Numbered from the stretch's first letter, positions 16,887 to 25,867 are shown. The stretch is DNA of 42,657 nucleotides from Candidatus Saccharimonadota bacterium (GCA_043737705.1 JAYTAD010000014.1:1-42657), one strand, 5' to 3'. A program made the numbers and translations. Notes: a model not told the origin generated them from the letters alone.

Positions 16887-17870
16887 GTGGATATTTTTGC
16901 CCCCCTGCAGTCTTTCGCTGACTGGTTGACCTATAGCGTCTTTTCGCTTCAACACGGTACCAGGCTGGCTGGTACTATAAACTTTTTTGTGTACGATAGC
17001 GTAAAAATTGTCCTACTTCTCTTGGTAATTAATTACATTATGGCGGTCATTCGTTACTACCTTCCGATTGAGAAAATACGAGACTTTTTACAGAGTCGTA
17101 AGTGGTACGGCGCCGATCACCTGTTGGCGGCGGGTTTTGGTGCCATCACGCCTTTTTGTTCTTGTTCCTCCATTCCGTTATTCGTCGGCTTTTTAGGAGC
17201 CGGTATCCCGATTGGTGTGACCTTTTCGTTCCTTATCACCTCGCCGCTAGTCAATGAAGCTGCTATCGCCCTGTTTATTGGCCTATTTGGCCTCAAAATA
17301 ACCGTTTTATATGTGGCCGCGGGTATTTTGCTTGGAGTGATTGGCGGCCTGGTGCTTAGTCGGGTCAATGTTAACAAACACATTAGCGCCGATATACTAG
17401 AAATGAGTAAAGGAGCAAAGATTGTCGGCCCGGCAGTTTCACAGGCTGCATTTAACCGCGAGCTCTTAGTGGCGTGGTGGGGCGAAGGCCTAACACTTAC
17501 GAAGAAGCTTATTCCCTATGTCCTTTTGGGTGTTGGGCTGGGAGCAGCTATTCACGGCTTCGTGCCGCAGGACTTTTTTGCTCACACGCTCAGCAGTGGG
17601 GCTTGGTGGACGGTCTCGCTAGCGGCAATCGTGGCTGTGCCGCTGTATTCGAATGCGGTCGCGGTTATACCAATCATGCAGGCACTGGTCGGTGTTGGGG
17701 TGCCGTTTGGGACGGCCATAGCTTTTATGATGGCAACGGTTGGCCTGTCGCTCCCCGAGGCCCTAATCTTAAAGAAAGTTATGAGCTTAAAACTCCTGGC
17801 AATGTACTTTGGGGTAGTGACCGTTGGAATTATCTGTATTGGGTACTTATTTAACCTCATACTGCCGTAA
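16887..17870 (+). CDS. arsP: ArsP-type permease (PF03773-like, TPFCSCS motif)
   Basis: GTG start and about 8 TM. The ITPFCSCSSIPLF motif contains a vicinal Cys pair, recalled as the ArsP organoarsenical efflux signature. Confidence 0.7.
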   Translation: MDIFAPLQSFADWLTYSVFSLQHGTRLAGTINFFVYDSVKIVLLLLVINYIMAVIRYYLPIEKIRDFLQSRKWYGADHLLAAGFGAITPFCSCSSIPLFVGFLGAGIPIGVTFSFLITSPLVNEAAIALFIGLFGLKITVLYVAAGILLGVIGGLVLSRVNVNKHISADILEMSKGAKIVGPAVSQAAFNRELLVAWWGEGLTLTKKLIPYVLLGVGLGAAIHGFVPQDFFAHTLSSGAWWTVSLAAIVAVPLYSNAVAVIPIMQALVGVGVPFGTAIAFMMATVGLSLPEALILKKVMSLKLLAMYFGVVTVGIICIGYLFNLILP

Positions 17871-17890
17871 GAGTATAATCGGTTATCTTA

Positions 17891-18145
17891 CTAAAATCGC
17901 TTTAATCCTAACTCAGTTGAAAATCGTTGTCTGTCAAAGCCAAGAATATTAACAGTTGAGCCGTTGTCTTTTTCGATAACACTAAAGGGTACGCCCATTT
18001 GGCCACTAATACGTACCATATTTTGAGCGGCAACTGGGTTGATGTCAACGCTGTAATCGGTGAAGTCTATATCTTTATCTTGTAGCCATGATTTGAGCGC
18101 GTGGCAATAGCCACAGGTTTTTGTACTATAGATTGTTATTTTCAT
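17891..18145 (-). CDS. Glutaredoxin-like protein (NrdH/YruB type)
   Basis: It begins MKITIYSTKTCGYCHALK (CxxC) and continues with GVPFSVI. 84 aa. Confidence 0.8.
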   Translation of the reverse strand: MKITIYSTKTCGYCHALKSWLQDKDIDFTDYSVDINPVAAQNMVRISGQMGVPFSVIEKDNGSTVNILGFDRQRFSTELGLKRF

Positions 18146-18157
18146 TTTTTAACTCCT

Positions 18158-18553
18158 TTATTTAATCTGTTTGCCACCGAGCGTAACAACGTTATCCAGG
18201 CCACCAAGGTTTATGACGTTTGTGTAGCCCGCCTGCTCTAAGATGGTTTGCGCCTCGCCTGCTCTATTGCCGCTTCGGCAGTAGAGATATAGTTTTTTAT
18301 CTTTTGCACCTGTTGGTAATTGCCCTGATTGGATGCTTGCGAGCGGAACATTCACCGCGCCGTCTATGAAACCTGCCTTAAATTCTTCGGGCGTTCGAAC
18401 GTCGATGAGCTGCCCGCCTGCTTTTATATCGGACTGTATCGTCGTTATAGACAACTCGTCTTTCGAAGTCCCGGCTGACTGGTTGTTAGTCGTAAACACA
18501 AACAGCAGTGCACCCACTAACGCTACCGCGATTGCTATGATAACTATTTTCAT
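18158..18553 (-). CDS. Membrane-anchored single-domain rhodanese (sulfurtransferase)
   Basis: N-terminal TM helix and the active-site loop YCRSGNRAG. I set the start at 18553 because of an ATGA overlap with the Fur stop. The ORF track start at 18577 is the alternative. Confidence 0.75.
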   Translation of the reverse strand: MKIVIIAIAVALVGALLFVFTTNNQSAGTSKDELSITTIQSDIKAGGQLIDVRTPEEFKAGFIDGAVNVPLASIQSGQLPTGAKDKKLYLYCRSGNRAGEAQTILEQAGYTNVINLGGLDNVVTLGGKQIK

Positions 18554-18960
18554 ACTGTAACTTTCTTTTTCAAACATCGCTCACAAGTTCCGTAAATCAC
18601 CAGGTTGCCGGTAATTTTGCAGTCACCCAGTGCGCTGCTGATTGCCGGCAAGATATCCGTCGCGACATTGATATTTCGTATGCCATCACAACCGTTACAT
18701 ATAAAATGATCGTGCGACGTTGTTGTCGCATCATAGCGCATGGAGCCGTGATTATTTACGGGCGCCTCGAACACTTTACCGTGCTCAAAAAGCCGCGCCG
18801 TAGCCCTGTGTACGGTTGTTGAACTTACTTTTGGAAACGCACTACGCAATACTGATAGTAATTCGGCATTTGTCGCATGTCCAAGGCTAGTAATAGCAAC
18901 CAAAAGTTCTTTGCTGTATTTTGTGTCACGACTTACTTTCATATTCTTATTGTAAATCAT
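18550..18960 (-). CDS. Fur-family metalloregulator (Fur/Zur/PerR type not resolved)
   Basis: wHTH N-domain, HDHFICNGCDG and GTCERC (two CxxC motifs). 136 aa. Confidence 0.8.
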   Translation of the reverse strand: MIYNKNMKVSRDTKYSKELLVAITSLGHATNAELLSVLRSAFPKVSSTTVHRATARLFEHGKVFEAPVNNHGSMRYDATTTSHDHFICNGCDGIRNINVATDILPAISSALGDCKITGNLVIYGTCERCLKKKVTV

Positions 18961-18974
18961 TTACAATAAGAATA
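18942..18974. promoter_or_regulatory. 33-bp perfect palindrome (16-1-16) with a Fur-type 7-1-7 core; candidate operator
   Basis: The sequence TATTCTTATTGTAAAT-C-ATTTACAATAAGAATA was verified base by base. It is centred on 18958, covers the fur start codon and first codons, and overlaps TACAAT boxes for the divergent rhodanese gene. Confidence 0.65.
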
Positions 18975-18996
18975 CAATGGGTAGATAACTAAAGGA

Positions 18997-19272
18997 ATGA
19001 AAAATTTAATGAACAGAATATTAATAGACGTCCGTGAGCCATCAGAGTTTGCTCGGGGTCACGCCAACGGAGCAATTAACATATCACCAATGGAAATTAT
19101 GCGTGGCGCAAAAGACTTGACTGATGTACCAAAAGACACAGAGCTAATTTTATACTGCGTGTCTGGTAGTCGCTCTAATGCTTCGATAAATATACTTCGA
19201 CAACTTGGTTTTACTAATCTTGTAAATGGAGTAAACAAAGATCAAGTTCGGGCAAAATACGGCACTATTTAG
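18997..19272 (+). CDS. Single-domain rhodanese
   Basis: Motifs DVREPSEF and the active-site loop YCVSGSRS. 91 aa. Confidence 0.8.
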   Translation: MKNLMNRILIDVREPSEFARGHANGAINISPMEIMRGAKDLTDVPKDTELILYCVSGSRSNASINILRQLGFTNLVNGVNKDQVRAKYGTI

Positions 19273-19386
19273 TTGATGTTCGAAAAAAAGACGAATGTAA
19301 TGGCGGCAACGTATTGAATATACCTCACCTCTTGGTTCTGCCCTGGTCTGTACGAGAGCAATCTTTTGAATAGAAAGAGTGTTAAC

Positions 19387-19417
19387 AAAAATCGACATTA
19401 TCTGTCGATTTTTTTTC
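19387..19417. terminator. Bidirectional terminator
   Basis: AAAAATCGACA-ttatc-TGTCGATTTTTTTT. Confidence 0.75.
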
Positions 19418-19463
19418 ACTATCAACACGTCAAAGCAACGTCAATATTGTTTTAAACATTGTC

Positions 19464-19682
19464 TTATTCGCGGACGTAAAGACTTCTAACCTTTTTCGTC
19501 ATAAGCCTAAATTCTTGTCTCATGTCTTTGATATTTCCCTTTAGCTCGGTTTCTAGCCTTGCTTGTAGTTCATCTAAAACATCTCTTGACGGTCTTATGG
19601 CTGTGTATATGTATTCTTGATAAGGTAGTCTTAGTGATTCTTGTTGCTTAACTTTTTTAGTTCTAAAATATTGAAACATCAT
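19464..19682 (-). CDS. Hypothetical 72-aa protein
   Basis: Taken from ORF 19464..19694. GAGGAG precedes the internal ATGATG, so the start is probably 19682 or 19679. Confidence 0.4.
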   Translation of the reverse strand: MMFQYFRTKKVKQQESLRLPYQEYIYTAIRPSRDVLDELQARLETELKGNIKDMRQEFRLMTKKVRSLYVRE

Positions 19683-19948
19683 TACTCCTCGCATTAGTAA
19701 TTTTTGTTAAATATGCATACCGGTCTTTGTAACATCTTCCTTTCAGGTGATGTGTGCAATAAGGTAACTTGTCATTGTATAGTGTAATGTTTCCGTTATT
19801 GTGTGTATGTAAGTATTCTTACAAAGCTAGCACATAATATATATTGGCAAAGTGAACGCACGAAAAGCACTCTTATTGCTACGAATACAGATGGTATACC
19901 GGTAGCTCAGCGGTGAATGAGAGTTGCTGGTCTTATTGCCTGTAACCT

Positions 19949-21466
19949 TTAATTTGAGCGTGAAAACAATCGAGATTTACGAGAGCTATCTTTGGAGCGA
20001 TCTGCAGTAAGCTTTTTTTTAGCAATTTCCTTTAAAGATTTTTCTTCATCTCGTTTTTTATCATTATAAGTTTTTTTCGGAGATTTGCCCTTTTCGAAAA
20101 GTTTATGACAACAAACGCAGATATCACAACCTCCAACAAGTGTTTTGTCGGACCACCAACTTAGGTTGCCGCGAGTCGGACAGTTTAGTATGCGGCAGAC
20201 GCCAATTTTTGGTTTACCAAAATTATCAGGTGTATTTTGAGCATTGAAGGCTCTTTGTATAATTGTAGATTCAGAAGTCGCGTCGGTTGTTGATACGGTT
20301 GAATTGCCTACGCTATATTCTGGACAACCATTGCTGTCGTAGGTTTCGCCGGAGGCCTTGGCCTCTCCACCGTAATGTGACAGAGCGGCGTAATTTGCCC
20401 CTTCCCCACTATCAGAACGCTCTAGGTCGCCCAAGAGCTTACTGTCGGCTTTGTCTATCACGCTGGCTATACTATGGATGACTTCGCTGATTATGTTGTG
20501 AGCCATTTCTTTGGATATGGCTTGACCCTCTTTTAGCCGATAGCTACTTCCGAACTTGTCGGTCACTCGCATTAGTTCGGCTGTCACAACACCTTGACTT
20601 GATGCAAGAGTTTTAATTGTATCTGTATAGATTGACGTCAGTTTGGGCTGACTTCGAACTTTTAACAAACCGTTCTTTTTCTCTTCGTTTTTATCTTTTT
20701 CGAGTCCAAAACTATACTGTTTATTATTCTGTTTTTCTAGTAATTGGTCATAGGTTGCCACGTAGTGATCGGTAAACTTAGCAGCTTTAGTTAAGTTGGG
20801 TGAATAGAATTCGTAGTTGTTTTGTAAGAGCTCTTGTTCAGTTGTCCCAGTTGTGGCATCGGCGTCTAGTTTTTTGCGCAGTTCATTAAATCGTTCCATG
20901 CTTGGGCTGTATAAAGACACAAAATGCCCCTCCAGCAAATCGTTACTCGTCTTTTGGTATATTCGAGAAATAGCTATTTTTTGTTTTCCAATTGGCAAAG
21001 ATTCAAATATCAAATAAGCACCAGTTGGGGCAGTTTTAAACCAAGCGGCTAATTTAGTCACTTCTTGGGCTTCTGTTTCTGCTCGCGCCAACTCATCTGC
21101 TATATCGGGATTTTTGACCGTTTCTGTTTTGAATATCTCTAAGTTTGTTTTAGTCATTGAATTCATTGAAACTCTATCTTTAACAGACACGAAATCATTG
21201 CCAGTAAACTCGAAACTGACATTATTTACGAAAGGAGTTTTTGGCAGGCGTTCAGCAATGTCTGTCTCTAAATCTTCTTTTATCCCAACGAGAGCCTTGT
21301 CGCCCTTTTCGAGATATTGGTACAAGTGTGTTAATGGATCATTGATGCCCAAATACTCTAGCCTAAGAGCCAGCCGTCCCATATACATAACATGTTCTTG
21401 ATTGATAGTTTCTGAGAGTGGACGCTTTGTCTCGAGCGTCAATCTTTTTAGTGTAGCTGTTTCCAA
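19949..21466 (-). CDS. Orphan 505-aa soluble protein with a C-terminal zinc-ribbon-like Cys cluster and a Lys-rich tail
   Basis: TTG start (21466-21464) with AGGGG 8 nt upstream. No TM helix or signal peptide. The C-terminus carries CRILNC-X17-CDICVCC followed by KKTYNDKKRDEEKSLKEIAKKK. No family recognised. Confidence 0.65.
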   Translation of the reverse strand: METATLKRLTLETKRPLSETINQEHVMYMGRLALRLEYLGINDPLTHLYQYLEKGDKALVGIKEDLETDIAERLPKTPFVNNVSFEFTGNDFVSVKDRVSMNSMTKTNLEIFKTETVKNPDIADELARAETEAQEVTKLAAWFKTAPTGAYLIFESLPIGKQKIAISRIYQKTSNDLLEGHFVSLYSPSMERFNELRKKLDADATTGTTEQELLQNNYEFYSPNLTKAAKFTDHYVATYDQLLEKQNNKQYSFGLEKDKNEEKKNGLLKVRSQPKLTSIYTDTIKTLASSQGVVTAELMRVTDKFGSSYRLKEGQAISKEMAHNIISEVIHSIASVIDKADSKLLGDLERSDSGEGANYAALSHYGGEAKASGETYDSNGCPEYSVGNSTVSTTDATSESTIIQRAFNAQNTPDNFGKPKIGVCRILNCPTRGNLSWWSDKTLVGGCDICVCCHKLFEKGKSPKKTYNDKKRDEEKSLKEIAKKKLTADRSKDSSRKSRLFSRSN

Positions 21467-21469
21467 TTT

Positions 21470-21615
21470 AATAACCCCTACTTACGAGCAGGGGCCATTA
21501 AAAATAACGACTACTCCTGCTCGGAAGATTTATAACTGTATCGGACTTAGCATTTCTGCCTTACCGTTGCGGCACAGTCCCGGATTTACACCGGGTTCCA
21601 GTATGTTTACTTGTT
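21470..21615 (-). promoter_or_regulatory. Cobalamin (B12) riboswitch, compact variant, plus SD-sequestering expression platform
   Basis: The minus-strand RNA reads ACUGGAACCCGGUGUAAAUCCGGGACUGUGCCGCAACGGUAAGGCAGAAAUGCUAAGUCCGAUACAGU. This fits the recalled consensus GGAA-N-CnGGUG-n-AAAUCCnG-n-CnG-n-CC-GCnACnGUAA and a B12-box-like AAGUCCGAUAC. Downstream, the helix CGAGCAGG/CCUGCUCG (21516-21523/21485-21492) competes with CCCCU (21490-21494) pairing to the SD AGGGG (21475-21479). Confidence 0.7.
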
Positions 21616-21749
21616 AATACTAATGAGTATGCGTTATTAGTGTCGCTTTGTCGAGTGGTAACGCTATATATAGCTATTTTTGTCTCAAAATTGTCTTCAA
21701 AGTGATCGATAGCTGCAGGACTGAGCCCTTTTTGCTATAATTCATAAAT

Positions 21750-22472
21750 ATGCACACAACTCCAAATCCCTATCTCCATGTCGAATCACACAACGGTAAC
21801 ATCAGTGGTAAATCAAACTGGCTCAGGGCCGCTGTCTTAGGTGCTAATGACGGTATTGTCTCGATTGCCGGGCTTGTAGTTGGCGTCGCTGGAGCGACGA
21901 GTTCAAAACTCATTATCCTGACGGCCGGAATTGCCGGTATCGTTGCTGGCGCCTTATCGATGGCGGCTGGTGAATACGTGTCGGTTAGTACCCAGCGAGA
22001 TATCGAAAAAGCCTTATTAGAAAAAGAACGGCAGGAGTTAATTGACAACCCTGAAGAAGAACTAGAAGAATTAAAGTTACTCTATCAAGCCAAAGGTCTC
22101 ACCGAAGGTACTGCGCTAATAGTTGCTAAAGAATTAACAGAGCATGATGCTTTTGCGGCCCACGTTGACATCGAGTTACATATCGATCCGAATAACTTAA
22201 CTAACCCGTGGCATGCCGCCTACGCCTCATCTGCTTCGTTCTTGGTTGGAGCGATGATTCCACTGGGTGTAATTATGCTTCCGTTGGGATCATCGACGGT
22301 AGCCATTACCTTTTTGTCTGTCGTCGTCGCTTTGATTATTACTGGTTTCTTAAGCGCTAAAGCTGGCGGAGCTAATATACGAGCATCTGTCATACGTGTT
22401 GTTGCCGGTGGTGTGCTGGCTATGGTTGTAACTTACGCAATTGGCCGTCTATTTAATATTTCGGGTGTTTGA
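21750..22472 (+). CDS. VIT1/CCC1-family Fe/Mn transporter
   Basis: The motif NWLRAAVLGANDGIVSIAGLVVGVAG is followed by an acidic cytosolic helix region and C-terminal TM helices. TATAAT lies about 8 nt upstream of the ATG. Confidence 0.8.
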   Translation: MHTTPNPYLHVESHNGNISGKSNWLRAAVLGANDGIVSIAGLVVGVAGATSSKLIILTAGIAGIVAGALSMAAGEYVSVSTQRDIEKALLEKERQELIDNPEEELEELKLLYQAKGLTEGTALIVAKELTEHDAFAAHVDIELHIDPNNLTNPWHAAYASSASFLVGAMIPLGVIMLPLGSSTVAITFLSVVVALIITGFLSAKAGGANIRASVIRVVAGGVLAMVVTYAIGRLFNISGV

Positions 22473-22786
22473 GCGCTCCATTTTAGCTAGACGCAACCCA
22501 CCGGCTAGGTATATACTAAAGGCAGTCATGTAGGTACTGGTGGGAATACCTTTCTACTTACAGACTTATGCGAGAAGTCACCTTGCGTCGATATGCACAC
22601 TGGTAGTTATTTACTTCTAAGCGCCCCTGTTGAACGCACACATTTACATGGTAAATCAGTAACAAGAACACGTTGAACGGCTCGTTGTTCCTATCTGTTT
22701 TGCTTCACTCCAAAATCCGTTCGCTGACCGAATATCTAGTTGTCAGCTTTTTGTCATATAAACTTATTTTCTTGGAGTATAAAACT

Positions 22787-23038
22787 ATGGATCGTATCAA
22801 TATCAACGAACAAGTTCTTGTTACCGTAATGGGATTCAAAAAAGACCTCGCTGCTTATCCGCGCCGTATGGAATATCAAGGCGCGACCTATGACTTTTTA
22901 GACGCTGGTCTGCGCTGCCTCGTCCGTACTGGTGGGCGAATCGCTGAAATAATTACATTGTCTGACGGCAGTGCCAACTTTCGCTTACGTAGCGACAATC
23001 GTGGCGGTAACTGGACACTGCTCAGTATCACGGCTTAA
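22787..23038 (+). CDS. Hypothetical 83-aa protein
   Basis: Taken from ORF 22673..23038, trimmed to the Met preceded by a GGAG SD (CTTGGAGTATAAAACT-ATG). It follows a 314-nt non-coding gap. Confidence 0.5.
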   Translation: MDRININEQVLVTVMGFKKDLAAYPRRMEYQGATYDFLDAGLRCLVRTGGRIAEIITLSDGSANFRLRSDNRGGNWTLLSITA

Positions 23039-23058
23039 ACTCTGGCACAAAGGTTATT

Positions 23059-23092
23059 AAAAAAGGAGTTACAATACGTAACTCCTTTTTTG
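23059..23092. terminator. Bidirectional terminator
   Basis: AAAAAAGGAGTTAC-aatac-GTAACTCCTTTTTT. Confidence 0.8.
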
Positions 23093-23120
23093 TTAGCAAT
23101 ATAGGAATATCTTTGGCTGT

Positions 23121-23516
23121 TTAGCCGAAGAAGAAGTTGTATACGACAGAAAAAACGTTATTGTTACCACTTTGGTTATTAGTAAGGTTGGTCTTTATGG
23201 AATTTTTGTTGCCACCACCGTAACCGCTCCCGCCGCCGTAGCCGTGGTTGCCGTTGTTGGAGTGATGTTCTTTGTCTCTTTGGTTAGCGTGATGCGGCTT
23301 GTCTCTCTGGTTTTGATCGTTCTTTTCATTCTCCTTATTGTTGTCTTTTTCGAGAGACGTTGCATCTTTGTCTTTGTTAGAGTCTTTGAGCGGCGTTGCA
23401 CCGGCAATCGTAGCTGAGCTGACGACAGTCAGTAGCATAAGTGAAGCTGCACCAAGCGCAAGCTTACTAGCTGCACCCTTTGTATTTAGTGTTAATGTAT
23501 GTATGCGGTTACCCAT
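23121..23516 (-). CDS. Secreted or anchored low-complexity protein (Asn/Lys/His/Gly-rich)
   Basis: AAGGAGG SD, N-terminal hydrophobic segment, an HH..HH and GYGGGSGYGGG region, and an aromatic C-terminus. Confidence 0.5.
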   Translation of the reverse strand: MGNRIHTLTLNTKGAASKLALGAASLMLLTVVSSATIAGATPLKDSNKDKDATSLEKDNNKENEKNDQNQRDKPHHANQRDKEHHSNNGNHGYGGGSGYGGGNKNSIKTNLTNNQSGNNNVFSVVYNFFFG

Positions 23517-23651
23517 AGGCCCTCCTTGTTATTTTGATGCACCAACATCAAGGTAACCACGTATAAGCTTAACCAGCAATGCATTGGAACGTCTTATTGT
23601 GGACGGTTTAGTGTTTAACCCTAGGGTTTTACTCATATTAATTGTGTAGTA

Positions 23652-24206
23652 TTATCTACGACGCGAAGCCTTGTCGCGGATAACCATACGTCGGGTTTCT
23701 CTCGTTAAACAGACTAAGCCAATACACAGTAAAAAAAATACAAATAGTGCACTATTGTTGACTTGTCCTGTTCCTCGCAATAATAGGAATTGGATACCGA
23801 TACCGGCCAACACTACGGTGGCTAGCCAAAAAGAGACGCGACTTGGGATGCGCCGTATAACTGCCAATAGACCGTATGCAAAGATAAAGCCTTCGGCGAC
23901 AACCGGAATAGTAGATAGCTGTATGCTGGCAATAATGATAAACGGCGCTCCCACAACAAGGGTATGCTCTTGAAGCCATTGGATTAAACGTCTTTTCCAT
24001 AAAACGATTTTTGTCTGCACAGGACGCACGCTATGAGATACTATGGGTGTTACTACTACAGGCTGGGCCTCAGGCTGTATAGCGGCGGCCGTGTGGCGTG
24101 TTTGACGTGGGCGCACGTCTTGGATGAGACCCCAGCCAGGACGTCGTAGCGGCCGGTTGTTAGCGTCATGCGGCAATTGGCTCGATGCTTGCAGCGTGTC
24201 TGTCAT
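23652..24206 (-). CDS. Membrane protein (3-4 TM) with a Pro/Arg-rich N-terminus
   Basis: ATGA overlap with the upstream gene makes it the last gene of the glycan operon. Confidence 0.5.
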   Translation of the reverse strand: MTDTLQASSQLPHDANNRPLRRPGWGLIQDVRPRQTRHTAAAIQPEAQPVVVTPIVSHSVRPVQTKIVLWKRRLIQWLQEHTLVVGAPFIIIASIQLSTIPVVAEGFIFAYGLLAVIRRIPSRVSFWLATVVLAGIGIQFLLLRGTGQVNNSALFVFFLLCIGLVCLTRETRRMVIRDKASRRR

Positions 24207-25867
24207 TTACTCTCCTCTTTGAACGCGGTGTTGCGATATAACTTTAGTGTCGCAGTGTCGGTTATTAGCTGAATGTCAGTTTGGTGGTCCAGGTAACTGT
24301 ACGCTTGATAATCATCATCTTTGGCCAATAGAATGTACTTTACTTGTAGTGGTACTAGTCGCTGACCTAGTGTGTATGATTGGGACGCTTGGGGTAAAAT
24401 TCGTGTCGTTAAAAGCTGTTTCTGAGTATTAACTACGGCTGGTTTTATGTTGCCTAGCTCTGGGTTGTCGCTTATTAACAACGGCTTATCAAAAAAACTT
24501 TCTCCTGGGTTTGCAATCAACCGCCCGGCGAATTGATAGCGCATATACAAATGCCACGGTAAAAACAATACTTGATATGTACCGGCATCTGTATTAAGTC
24601 GCTCGTTGACCGCATACCAGTCAGCTGGATAGTGCCGCGGCGTCAGTTGGCCGTCAAACCCTCGGAACATGACGGGCGTCAAACCGATTAATAGGAGCGC
24701 GAAAACGATGCCACTAGCCAGTCGTCCGGCTTTTGAATGGACTTTTGCCAAAAGTTCGGATATCGCAAACCCAATAAATACCGCGTAACCAAGCGCCACT
24801 AGCGCGACGAACTTATGGGGCTCACGGTATCCGGCAAAAAATGGCAGGTTCTCCGCCAACCACGTCGTGCCGACACCAGCCGCCAGCAAAACTGCAATGG
24901 ATATACTAGCAGTAAATAGTATGCCTGTCTCGCGCTTCTGTCGCCAGGCAATTACAGCACCGGTTATGATAAGTGCCCATATTAAGCTAACAACCAAGCC
25001 CCACCCAGTTAGTTTGTCCTGCGGAAGCGCGAACAAGTCGTGACGCTCTCCCCAGAATCCCTGGAGGCGTAAAACATGCATTAATTTTCCACCTATTCCC
25101 TCGCCTTCCGTCGCAAACTCAGACTGATCACTATCACGAAAAGTAACGATAGAGGCCGCCGTCGTGCCACTCCCCTGCACAAGAGGTACTAACCAATAAC
25201 TACTGGTGAGTAAAAAGATTAAACTGGCAGCTCCACCGTATTTTGCCAGTTTTTTAAGATACGGGGCGTTTGCACGGTTATGCCATAACGATTGCAGTAG
25301 CGCAACAACCGTAATGACAACGACTAACCCAAGAGTGTGAATTGACACAATACTGATACCAACAGTTACTAATGTCAACAGCATCGCTTTTTTGAATGAC
25401 GGGTCTGATAGAAACTGCAATAGCGCTACTACAAAAAATGGCAAAAGCGCATAGCCGAGCAGTACCGAGTATTGGCCAGCCATAAACCGTGAATACGTAA
25501 ATGGATTTATCATATAGATTAGTCCGCTGGCGTAGGCTGCCCATGTCGTAACAACGACTGGCGTATTTCTCATTTGTAAGAAGTTCATTAATTGGTGCAT
25601 GCCTAATCCTGAAATCACTAAAATAGCAAACAGTACTAGCTTTTGGATTATGTCGCTTGGAATAATAAGGCTTAGTATGTGCAAACCAGCTCGAAACAAG
25701 TAGCTGCTAGTGACCGTTTGGGGCAGAGCTAGGTTTGGCGTAAAAACCATGTCGAGCGTCAGGATAAATCCGGGACCTAGTAGCGGCCACAGGATGAGTA
25801 AAGCTACGGCACTGTAAAAAAACATTATTATCCAATTATTTTTAATTACTTTCGGGAAACCGTTCAT
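24203..25867 (-). CDS. Large polytopic membrane protein, GT-C-like glycosyltransferase candidate
   Basis: About 12 TM, an acidic first-loop motif (LDMVFTP) and a soluble C-terminal domain. The assignment is by architecture only. Confidence 0.45.
   Translation of the reverse strand: MNGFPKVIKNNWIIMFFYSAVALLILWPLLGPGFILTLDMVFTPNLALPQTVTSSYLFRAGLHILSLIIPSDIIQKLVLFAILVISGLGMHQLMNFLQMRNTPVVVTTWAAYASGLIYMINPFTYSRFMAGQYSVLLGYALLPFFVVALLQFLSDPSFKKAMLLTLVTVGISIVSIHTLGLVVVITVVALLQSLWHNRANAPYLKKLAKYGGAASLIFLLTSSYWLVPLVQGSGTTAASIVTFRDSDQSEFATEGEGIGGKLMHVLRLQGFWGERHDLFALPQDKLTGWGLVVSLIWALIITGAVIAWRQKRETGILFTASISIAVLLAAGVGTTWLAENLPFFAGYREPHKFVALVALGYAVFIGFAISELLAKVHSKAGRLASGIVFALLLIGLTPVMFRGFDGQLTPRHYPADWYAVNERLNTDAGTYQVLFLPWHLYMRYQFAGRLIANPGESFFDKPLLISDNPELGNIKPAVVNTQKQLLTTRILPQASQSYTLGQRLVPLQVKYILLAKDDDYQAYSYLDHQTDIQLITDTATLKLYRNTAFKEESK

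Noticed and set aside
19713-19787. The 24-aa Cys-rich plus-strand micro-ORF (MHTGLCNIFLSGDVCNKVTCHCIV) in the gap between the 72-aa and 505-aa genes.
   Set aside because: No SD, promoter or terminator signals are present. It is indistinguishable from a chance ORF in AT-rich spacer DNA.
19901-19925. tRNA-like D-arm sequence GGTAGCTCAGCGGTGAATGAGAG.
   Set aside because: No anticodon stem, T arm or acceptor pairing can be drawn around it. It lies just downstream of the 3' end of the 505-aa CDS.
1532-21523. The shared ACGAGCAGG / CCTGCTCGT stem sequence in three places: the 1532/1621 helix, the tRNA terminator at 10031-10048 and the riboswitch platform at 21485/21516.
   Set aside because: The matches are only 8-9 nt, the contexts differ and no flanking similarity exists. 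This is most likely coincidence and not a dispersed repeat family.
22473-22786. A 314-nt non-coding gap upstream of the 83-aa ORF, examined for a riboswitch or sRNA. It contains CCCACC...GGTGGG and GACTT...AAGTC stems and a GTTGAACG direct repeat.
   Set aside because: Only short, weak helices are present, and nothing resembles a motif I know. The evidence is insufficient to call a feature, though the gap would merit an Rfam scan.
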